From positions 32,001 through 96,000 of IMG/VR virus record IMGVR_UViG_3300025889_000075: 64,000 bases of DNA. One strand, 5' to 3'. How positions within the stretch are numbered: the stretch's first letter is position 1; each line of letters starts with the position of its first letter. The notes under the pieces are model-generated. The model searched no databases and was not told where the DNA came from. It saw nothing but the letters and a program-made list of their open reading frames with translations. Made by a program: the position numbers and the translations under genes. Source of the stretch: a virus. Positions 30,123 through 40,100 of the stretch are shown one piece after another.

Positions 30123-30791
30123 ATGCAAAAAATTGAAATTGAAAATGAAGAGGTTTTAAATAATCTAAAACCTTTTGAATGGTTTGTTAACCAAACAGTT
30201 TGTGATTTAATTATTAGAGATGAAAAAAGTTTCTCTTGTAATAGAAACGATTATGTGTCAATTCCATACATGCAAAAAATAATGCGCATGGGAAAAGACC
30301 ATAATGGATTTCCTGAAAGAGTCAAAGGGTACAGTTTTAATGGCGTAGGATTGAAATTTAAAAATGCCTCTGATCCTTTAGTTTCAGAAATGATGAATCG
30401 TTATAACGAAAACATTTTTAATTTCTCTTCTTCTCTAATGTTAAGGCATAATGCATTATTTACTGTTTATCCTCCTGGGGGTTTTATTTCATGGCATAAT
30501 AATGCAAATGCATCCGCTTATAATTTTATTTTTACATGGTCTGAAACAGGCAATGGTTATTGGCAAAATTATGACATGGAAGAACAAAAAGTGGTAACGA
30601 TAAATGATAAACCAGGTTGGCAATGTAAATCTGGTTATTTTGGGTCGTACAATGAGAATCCAAATAAAATAGTTTACCACTCTGCATCAACCGATTGTTG
30701 GAGAATGACAGTTGCATTCGTCCTTGATCGGTCAGAAATGTCTAAGGGAATTCAAGATTTAATTATCGAAGAATTGTCTTTTACAGAATAG
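30123..30791 (+). CDS. 2OG-Fe(II) oxygenase-like (DSBH) protein
   Basis: YPPGGFISWHNN ... VYHSA..DCWRMTVAF layout; HxN instead of HxD. Confidence 0.6.
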   Translation: MQKIEIENEEVLNNLKPFEWFVNQTVCDLIIRDEKSFSCNRNDYVSIPYMQKIMRMGKDHNGFPERVKGYSFNGVGLKFKNASDPLVSEMMNRYNENIFNFSSSLMLRHNALFTVYPPGGFISWHNNANASAYNFIFTWSETGNGYWQNYDMEEQKVVTINDKPGWQCKSGYFGSYNENPNKIVYHSASTDCWRMTVAFVLDRSEMSKGIQDLIIEELSFTE

Positions 30792-30797
30792 AATCAT

Positions 30798-30805
30798 TAT
30801 AAATA
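30798..30805 (+). promoter_or_regulatory. T4-type late promoter TATAAATA
   Basis: Exact consensus, intergenic. Confidence 0.85.
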
Positions 30806-30840
30806 AAAACGATTGTTGATCTTATTTCGGATTCGTTTTT

Positions 30841-31197
30841 ATGGCTCATTACGAAGATATTACCATCGACCAAGGTTCTGATGTATCACTAGAACTACAC
30901 TTGGTCGACACTCAAGGCGATAAGAAGAACCTAACAGGTTTTTCTGCAGCTGCAAAAATGAAAGTCAATTATAACAGCGATAGTGCAGACACGGTAACGT
31001 TTGACACATATATTGCTGCTCCTGCTACAGACGGTATTGTTGTTTTGAATTTGACAAACGCACAAACCGATCTATTGAATCCGAGAAAAAAATACGTTTA
31101 TGATGTTGAAGTTTCACATCTCGATAGTGATAGCAATACGATTATTGAGAGAGTGTTACAGGGAACTATAACAGTAACTCCATCAGTAACGAAATAG
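30841..31197 (+). CDS. Small Ig-like virion adaptor (BppU N-terminal-like)
   Basis: ITIDQGSD, NLTGFSAAAKM, LTNAQT, YVYDVEV, RVLQGTITVTPSVT. Confidence 0.65.
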   Translation: MAHYEDITIDQGSDVSLELHLVDTQGDKKNLTGFSAAAKMKVNYNSDSADTVTFDTYIAAPATDGIVVLNLTNAQTDLLNPRKKYVYDVEVSHLDSDSNTIIERVLQGTITVTPSVTK

Positions 31198-31209
31198 GAA
31201 CATAATCTT

Positions 31210-31497
31210 ATGGCGGTAATTAAAGCACAGGGGATTTCTACAGACGGAAAGACTCAGGTGAAAATCGTTGGGAGAAAAACAACTCAAGTTAAGAAAGTAA
31301 TTGTTGGTACTCCAATTAGGCGAGTAAACGTCAATGATGATATAAATAGTAGAATACCAGTAGACTTCATTGTTAATGTTACTGCTGGTAGCGGAAAGGC
31401 AGAAGGTGCTTTATTAACATTTAACGAAGGTACTGGCGAATTTCAACCATTACTTAGACTAGGAGACAATGTCGTTTCTGACGGCGGGGGATTTTAA
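31210..31497 (+). CDS. Hypothetical protein ending in DGGGF
   Basis: ORF within the fibre operon; DGGxF/Y C-terminus shared with the next gene (DGGTY). Confidence 0.6.
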   Translation: MAVIKAQGISTDGKTQVKIVGRKTTQVKKVIVGTPIRRVNVNDDINSRIPVDFIVNVTAGSGKAEGALLTFNEGTGEFQPLLRLGDNVVSDGGGF

Positions 31498-31500
31498 TAA

Positions 31501-34068
31501 ATGGCAATTATTCAGATAAAAAGATCCAGTAGTTCGGGTGCGCCAGGACCAAGTACACTTAAGAATGGTGAATTAGCATATTCTTATTTAGACGGTACTG
31601 TTGGCAACGGTGGTGATCGTCTTTATATTGGCATCGGCGATAGCACCGATGGTTATGCAGATAGCGTAGTTGAAATCGGCGGTCAATTTTTTACTCAATA
31701 TTTAGATCATACTCCTGGAACATTAACTGCTAGTTCCGCAATTATTACTGACGCTAACAGTAAAATCGATCAACTCCTGGTCGATAATTTATCTTTAGAC
31801 GGTAATACTCTAACTACAACAAACACAGACGGTGATTTGATTCTTTCTGCTAATGGCAATGGTGTCATTAGTGCAAGCAGCAAACGTATTACAAACGTAG
31901 CAACGCCAACTTCTGGTACAGACGCTGCTAACAAAACTTATGTTGATCAACAAATTGGAACTTCTGTTAATTTAAGTATTACTGCTGATAGCGGTAGTTC
32001 TGGTACAGTTACTCTCGCAGATTCTACTCTTGAAATCGCTACTGATGATAACTTAAAGGTCTTGATGACTGGAGACTTGGTAGCAGGAGTTGGTCCTACC
32101 TTAACATTCTCTTTGAATCCGACAACAGTTACTGCTGGATCATACGGAAGCAGCACTGAGATACCAACATTCACAGTTGATTCTGAAGGTCGTTTGACTG
32201 CTGCTGGTACTGCTTCGGTATCACACACTATTACGCTTGCTGCTGATGTTGGTAGCAACGACACATATACTACTGGTAGCACATTAACATTTTCTGGTGG
32301 AACTGGTTTAACTTCAGTTGTTGCTGACGATGAAATAACATTTAGACTTGATAGCACCGCAGTAACTCCTGGATCATATGGTAGTTCTACTGCTATCCCA
32401 ACGTTTACAGTTGACGCTCAAGGTCGATTGACCGCTGCTAGTACAGCAAGTATTGCTTCTACTTTAGATGTTTCCGCTGAAGGTGCGGACTCTATTGGAA
32501 TTAATCTCCTAGACGAAACATTAGACTTTAGGGCATCTGGACCAACTGGCGCGTTAACAGTTGCAACCAACTCTGGTGCTAATTCAGTAACATATGCTAT
32601 CGCTACAGCAACCTCTTCTCAACACGGTGTTGCGACATTTAATACTGCTGACTTTGGTGTTTCTTCCGGTGATGTAACAATCAAGACTGGTGGTGTAAGT
32701 AATACTCAGTTAGAAAATAGTTCTATCACAATCAACGGAAGGGCATATTCTCTTGGTGATACTGCTACTATCGGAACTGATAGTGTTAGTGAAGGTTCAA
32801 CCAACCTTTATTACACTGATGCGAGATCTAGGGCAGCAATTAGCGTAACAGACGCTGGTGGTGATGGGTCATTAGGATATAATAGTGGCACTGGTGTTAT
32901 TACCTATACTGGACCAAGTGCCGCAGAAACAAGAGCACATTTTAGTGGTGGCACTGGTGTTACCATTACCAATGGTGAAATAGCAATTGGTCAGGACGTT
33001 GGAACTTCTGCCAATGTAACTTTCCAAACCGTTACCGTTGATGATTTAACAATTGTCGGCACTCAAACGATTATCCAATCTCAGACCTTGACCATCAAGG
33101 ATCCAATGATCCACCTTGCTGATAGCAATGAAACTTCTGATGCAGTGGATATTGGTTTTGTTGGACACTACAGCGATGATGCTGGAGCGACTAAGAAACA
33201 TACTGGTATTTTCCGAGACGCAAGTAACGGACAATATTATATCTATGAAGGTCTTATTGATAGCGATCTTGACAGCGTTACTCCAACGAATAATATTGAT
33301 AGAAGCGGAACAGGATTTACGCTTTCAACGTTAAACGTCGGTACTCTTGTTGGTCAATATGCTGGATTTGATTCAGACTTTACTGCGAAATCTACTGCTG
33401 ACCTTTCTGAAGGTTCAAATCTTTACTATACTGATGAGAGAGTATATGACGCTGTTGCGGCAATGCTTGGAAATGGTTCGCAAACAAATATTACTGTTTC
33501 CTCGACAGATGGTACTGATGATCTAACGTTTAGTGTTGCAACAGCAACTTCTTCAACGCTTGGTGTCGCGTCGTTTAATTCTTCTCAGTTCACTGTTACT
33601 GGTGGAGCAGTAAGTCTTAACGCTCTTGGAAACGCAGGATTACAATTTAATTCTATAACCATCGGCGATAGTTCGGTTGCTCTGGGTGAAACAATTACTG
33701 ATATTACTGGATTGACAGGATTATCTGTTGACAATATTAGAGTCAATGGTAATGATATAACGTCAACAGATACTAATGGTAATATAAACCTCACACCAAA
33801 TGGTGCTGGCAAAACTGTAATTACTAACCTTTATGTTGGTGACGCGTCGACAAGCGCCGAAGAATATATTGAGGATACAATTGCTACTGCCTTGTCATCA
33901 GGTGAAGGTATAACGATTACGTACACTGACGGGACTGGAGAAATTAATATTGCTGCGGAATTAGCAACTACGTCTAATCCTGGTGTGGCAAGTTTCGACG
34001 CTACCAACTTTGATGTTTCAGGGTCTGGAGCAGTAACTATAGATACAATTGATGGTGGTACTTACTAA
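31501..34068 (+). CDS. Tail fibre protein
   Basis: IQIKRS..P..LKNGELAYS N-terminus; YadA-stalk-like RITNVATPTSGTDAANKTYVD; two GSYGSST.IPTFTVD..GRLTAA; two SEGS.NLYYTD.R; three AT....GVA.F....F.V repeats. Confidence 0.8.
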   Translation: MAIIQIKRSSSSGAPGPSTLKNGELAYSYLDGTVGNGGDRLYIGIGDSTDGYADSVVEIGGQFFTQYLDHTPGTLTASSAIITDANSKIDQLLVDNLSLDGNTLTTTNTDGDLILSANGNGVISASSKRITNVATPTSGTDAANKTYVDQQIGTSVNLSITADSGSSGTVTLADSTLEIATDDNLKVLMTGDLVAGVGPTLTFSLNPTTVTAGSYGSSTEIPTFTVDSEGRLTAAGTASVSHTITLAADVGSNDTYTTGSTLTFSGGTGLTSVVADDEITFRLDSTAVTPGSYGSSTAIPTFTVDAQGRLTAASTASIASTLDVSAEGADSIGINLLDETLDFRASGPTGALTVATNSGANSVTYAIATATSSQHGVATFNTADFGVSSGDVTIKTGGVSNTQLENSSITINGRAYSLGDTATIGTDSVSEGSTNLYYTDARSRAAISVTDAGGDGSLGYNSGTGVITYTGPSAAETRAHFSGGTGVTITNGEIAIGQDVGTSANVTFQTVTVDDLTIVGTQTIIQSQTLTIKDPMIHLADSNETSDAVDIGFVGHYSDDAGATKKHTGIFRDASNGQYYIYEGLIDSDLDSVTPTNNIDRSGTGFTLSTLNVGTLVGQYAGFDSDFTAKSTADLSEGSNLYYTDERVYDAVAAMLGNGSQTNITVSSTDGTDDLTFSVATATSSTLGVASFNSSQFTVTGGAVSLNALGNAGLQFNSITIGDSSVALGETITDITGLTGLSVDNIRVNGNDITSTDTNGNINLTPNGAGKTVITNLYVGDASTSAEEYIEDTIATALSSGEGITITYTDGTGEINIAAELATTSNPGVASFDATNFDVSGSGAVTIDTIDGGTY

Positions 34069-34084
34069 AATTTAATTTGATTAT

Positions 34085-34109
34085 ACCCCCATTTTTATGG
34101 GGGTTTTTT
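34085..34109 (+). terminator. Rho-independent terminator
   Basis: Stem ACCCCCAT / loop TTTT / ATGGGGGT, followed by a T tract, just after the 34068 stop. Confidence 0.8.
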
Positions 34110-34128
34110 ACCTTTTTTAAGGATCGAG

Positions 34129-37100
34129 ATGGCTCAGAATATCATTCTCAAGAAGTCTTCCGTTCTCGGAAGGATTCCTGACAGTTCAGATTTGGCATAT
34201 GGCGAACTTGCGCTCAACTATTCTGACGGTAAACTTTATTATAAAAAGTCAAACAATGAAATAGACTTTTTCTTAACCGATTCAAATCTCGATTCTGATT
34301 TCATTACTAGCAGAGTTTCTGCTGGTTCATTAGCACTAACCAATTCTCAAATAAGCGCAGTCGTTGACGAATTAACCAACGACATCAAACCATTACTCGA
34401 CGCGCTCTACGATATTGGTGACTCAGTTAGAACATGGAAAGATCTTTACTTAGATTCTCAGGGTAAAGTTTATTTTGGACCTAGTAACTTTTTCAATTTA
34501 TCTAAACTAAATTCTATCTTAGATTCTGCAGATGTAGTCAGTTTAATTAATAATAATGTTACCGGATTAAACTCTGACCAAGCAAATACATTAATTGATG
34601 CCAAAATTCAAATAATCGACATTGGCGATATTGTTGGCGCTGACGGTAACTCCGGACAAATACTTAAGAGTTTAGGCAACGGTAATGCTACTTGGATTAA
34701 TCAAGCAGATCTTGTTCGCCCACATTTAGTTGCTGGTGCAAACATTACATACGATTCTGCGACAGGTGTTATTACTGCCGATTTATCTTCAGCGGGTTTA
34801 GATTCTGCTGCTGTAACTGGGATAATAGATTCTGCTTATATCCAAGCACGTCAAGCAGATATCTTCCGAGACTCAGCGTTTATAACTGGGATTATTGATA
34901 CTGCTTATATTCAGGCAAGGGATCGTATCCGCGATTCTAATTTTGTTCAGGACATCGTTGATTCAGCATATGTTCAATTACGCCAAGCAGCACCTACTGC
35001 TGCTCAGGTGCGACCGTTTATGGTCGCTGGTGCAAACATTACTTATGACTCAGCAACTGGTGTAATTAGTTCAACTGCGAGCGGAACTCTCGATTCTGCT
35101 GCAGTTATCGGGATAATCGACTCTGCCTATATTCAAGCAAGAGATCGATATAGAGACTCTGGGTTTGTAACGGGACTAATTGATTCATCTTATATTAATT
35201 CAAGAGTAACAGCTTCAACTGATTCTTCTACTGTTAATACTCTGATTGACGCAAAGATTCAAGTAATCGACATAGGTGATGTTGTTGGAGCAGACGGTAA
35301 TTCGGGTCAGGTTCTCAAGAGTTTAGGAAACGGTAACTCTACTTGGGTTAATACGTCAACCTTCGTCACTTTAGATTCTTCCACATTAACAAGTGGGTTT
35401 GCTGGTAATATAATTCCAGCGACAGATTCTACTTATGATCTTGGTGATTCTACTCGCCGTTGGAGAGACTTATATCTCTCCGGTAATACAATTTACCTTG
35501 GCGACAGTGCAGTATTAACGGCAGCGAAAGTTAATCTTATTCCTTCAGTCGCTTTAGATTCATCAATAATTTCTTCTATTGCAGTAACTGCTGCAGGTGG
35601 AATCGATTCAGCATTAACAATTTCTTTAATTGATTCTGCTTATGTTCAAGCAAGACAAACGGTTTATCTTGACAGTTCAACAGTTCAGGGTGTTATTTCT
35701 GCTGCTTATATTCAGGCGAATCAAACTACTTATTCAAACGCTGATTTCGCTGATAGTGCGTTTGTAACTGCTCAGATTAATAATTTGATCGATGGAGCAC
35801 CAGGTGCTCTTAATACATTAAATGAGTTGGCAGCTGCTCTTAATGATGACAGTGATGCTTATAATACATTACTTTCGTTAATTAACGCGAATACTTCAGC
35901 TGTTGCCGGTAAACTCGATTCAGCATTAACAATTTCTTTGATTGATTCTGCTTACATTGCTGCTAGAACTACCTCAGGAACTGATTCTGCCGCTGTTAAC
36001 ACGCTTATTGATGCTAAAATACAAGTAATTGACATTGGAGATGTCGTAGGCGCTGATGGTAACTCTGGTCAATTGCTTAAGAGTTTGGGTAACGGCAACT
36101 CAACGTGGGTTAATGCTGCTGATATAGTAAGACCGCAATTAGTAGCGGGTTCTAATATCACGTATGATTCTGCGACTGGTGTTATTTCTTCTAGTGCTAG
36201 TGGCGTTGACTCCGCGTTAACATCTCAATTGATCGATTCAGCATATGTTCAATTGAGACAAATTAAATATTCTACTGCTGATTTCGTAGATTCTGCTTAC
36301 GTAACAACACAAATCAACAATTTGATCGATGGCGCTCCTGGTGCATTAAATACACTTAATGAATTAGCAGCTGCTTTAAATGACGACAGTCAGGCATATA
36401 ATACTCTACTTGCATTAATTAATGCTAATACTACAGCTGTTGCTGGTAAATTAGATTCTGCTCTTACTACACAATTAATCAATGCTGCGTATATTCAAGC
36501 GAACCAAACTAATTTCTTAGATTCCGCATTAACGACGCAGTTGATTAGTGCTGCCTATATTCAGGCGAATCAAACTACTTATGATTTTCTAGACTCAGCA
36601 GAAGTAATATCATTAATTGACTCTGCTTACATTGCTGCTAGAACTACTTCAGGCACTGACTCTGCTTCCGTTAATTCATTAATCGACGCGAAAATTCAGG
36701 TAATCGATATTGGTGATGTCGTCGGCGCTGATGGCAACTCAGGTCAATTACTTAAGAGTTTAGGCAACGGAAACTCAACTTGGGTTGATGCTTTTGATTC
36801 AACAGCAGTTTCTGGAATTCTTTCAGGATATGCTGGGAATATTGTTCCTTCTGCTGATTCTACTTATAGTTTAGGTTCTCCGACCAAAAAATGGAAAGAC
36901 TTATATCTCTCCGGGAATACAATTTATTTTGGCGATAGCGTAACGCTTTCTGCACAACAAGTTCAATATATTCCGACTTCTGTAGCGACTGTTGTTGACT
37001 CTGCCAGTGTTCGTGCTTTGTTCACTAGCGCAGGAGATTTGAATTATAACGAATCTACAGGAACATTTAGTTTAACAGTTTCTTCTGTTGTTGACTCTGC

Positions 37101-40100
37101 TTATATTGCTGCTCGATCTGGTGCGATAAGTTCCGTCAATAACAATTTTAATCCTGGTGCAAATCAACAGTACAGTTTGGGTGATTCTAACAATCGTTGG
37201 AAAGATTTGTATTTAAGCGATAGTAGTATTATATTTGGTACAACTGCGACGTTGACTGCTGCTAAGATTAATCTTATTCCGACGGTTCTTCTTGATTCAG
37301 CGATAATTAAAAATACAATTATTGACGCTGCTTATATTCAGGCGAATCAAACTACCTATTCTACGGCAGATTTCGTAGATTCTGCTTATGTAACAACACA
37401 AATTAATAATCTGATTGACGCTGCTCCTGGTGCATTAAATACACTTAATGAATTAGCAGCTGCCCTTGGTGATGATGCAAACTTTAGCACAACTATCACA
37501 AACCAAATTGCTGGAAAACTTGATTCGTCATTAACCACGCAACTTATTGATTCTTCTTATATTCAATTAAGACAAGCAGCGCCAACAGCATCTCAAGTTA
37601 GAGCGTTCTTGGTCGCTGGATCAAACGTCACGTATGATTCTGCAACTGGTGTTATCTCTGCTTCTGTCAGCGGCGGTAGCGGGATTAATTCCGACCAAGC
37701 AAATACATTAATTGATGCTTCTATTCAAGCAATTGATATTGACGATTTTACGAATGTATCAGGCACTAATGGGTATTTCCTTAAGAGTCTTGGAAACAGA
37801 GAGGCAACTTGGGCAACAATACCTGCCAGCGGTTTAGATTCTTCAGCAGCAATCGCATTAATCGATTCAGCATATATCCAAGCAAGACAGACAGATATTT
37901 TCAGAGACTCTGCGTTTATAACAGGATTAATTGATTCAGCATATATTCAAGCGAAACAATCTGATATCTTTAGAGATTCTGCTTTTGTAACAGGAATTGT
38001 TGATACTGCCTATATTCAGGCAAGAGATCGAATTCGTGATTCTAATTTTGTTCAGGACATCGTTGATTCAGCGTATGTTCAGTTAAGACAAGCAGCGCCT
38101 ACTGCCGCTCAAGTTAGAGCGTTCTTAGTTGCTGGTAGTAACATTACTTATGATTCTGCTTCGGGTGTAATTTCTTCGACTGCTAGTGGTTCTTTAGATT
38201 CTGCTGGTGCTATTGCATTAATCGATTCTGCTTACATTCAAGCACGGCAATCATCTGGAGGCGGTGGAGGAATTGATTCTGCTGCCGCCAATATTTTAAT
38301 TGACGCTTCTATTCAAGCAATTGATATCGACGATTTCACTAATGTAAGCGGAACTAATGGGTATTTCCTTAAAAGTCTAGGAAACAGAGAAGCAACTTGG
38401 GCAACGATACCTGCTAGTGGGTTAGATTCTGCTGCTGCTATAACGTTGATCGATTCTGCATATATTCAAGCAAGACAAGCAGACATCTACAGAGATTCTG
38501 CCTTTGTCACTGGTATTGTTAATGCTTCATATATTCAATCTAACCAAACTAATTTCTTAGATTCCTCATTAACAACACAGCTAATTAATGCGGCGTATAT
38601 TCAGGCAAATCAAACTACCTATTCGACTGCTGATTTTGTCGATAGTGCTTATGTTACTGCCCAGATCAATAGTTTAATTGACGGTGCGCCAGGAACTCTA
38701 GATACGTTAAATGAAATTGCGGCAGCAATTAACGACGACGCAAATGCTTACACAACCCTAGTAGGTTTGATTAATGCAATGCCAGATTCTTCTTGGATTA
38801 CTGCATTGCCTGTTAGCACCTTTAGTAATGATGCAAATTATCTTGACAGCACAACTGTACAAGGGGTAATTTCTTCTTCTTATATTCAGACAAATCAAAC
38901 TACCTATTCAACGGCAGATTTTCCGGATAGTGCTGGTGTAATCACATTAATTGCCGCAAATGAGACAACTTATTCGACTGCTGATTTTACTGATTCTGCC
39001 TATGTTGCAACTCAACTGGCAACAATAGACTCTGCTTATGTTCAGTTACGTCAAGCAGCACCAACAGCAGCACAAGTTAGAGCGTTCTTAGTTGCTGGGT
39101 CGAATATAACATACGATTCTGCTACTGGTGTTATCAGTTCAACTGCTAGTGGTGGTGTAGATTCTGCTGCTGCTAATAGTTTAATCGACGCTAAAATTCA
39201 GGTTCTTGATATTGGCGATGTTGTTGGAGATGACGGTAACTCTGGTCAATTGCTTAAGAGTTTGGGTAACGGTAACTCAACTTGGGTTAATGCTGCTGAT
39301 ATAGTAAGACCACAGTTAGTTGCAGGCAGCAACATTACTTATGATTCTGCTACTGGTGTAATTAGTTCAACTGCAAGCGGTACATTAGATTCTAATGCAG
39401 TAATCGGCATTGTCGATTCCGCTTATATTCAGGCGAGACAGGCAGATATATTCCGAGACTCTGCCTTTATAACAGGAATTATCAGTTCCTCTTATATTCA
39501 ATCTAATCAAACTAACTTTTTAGATTCTGCTTTAACAACACAGTTGATTAGTGCTGCCTATATTCAGGCGAATCAAACTACGTATTCAACGGCAGATTTC
39601 CCAGATAGTGCTTATGTAACAACGCAGATTAATAATTTAATTGATGGTGCACCTGGTGCGCTTAACACCTTGAATGAATTAGCAGCAGCGTTGAATGACG
39701 ACAGTCAGGCATATAATACATTACTCGCTCTAATTAATAGCAACACAACAGCAATTGCAGGAAAGTTAGACTCTGCTCTTACTATCTCTTTAATAGATTC
39801 AGCATATGTTGCTGCAAGAAGTTCAGCAGGAAGCAGCGGTTTAGATTCTGCTGCAGCAAACAGTTTAATTGATGCTAAAATACAAGTAATTGATATCGGT
39901 GATGTTGTTGGAACTGACGGTACTTCTGGACAAATACTAAAGAGTTTAGGAAACGGTTCTTCTACTTGGATTGATCAAGCAGATCTTGTTCGTCCTCATC
40001 TGGTTGCTGGATCAAATATCACATATGATTCATCCACTGGTGTAATTAGTTCAACTGCTAGTGGCGGTGGTTTAGATTCTGCTGGTGCTATTGCATTAAT

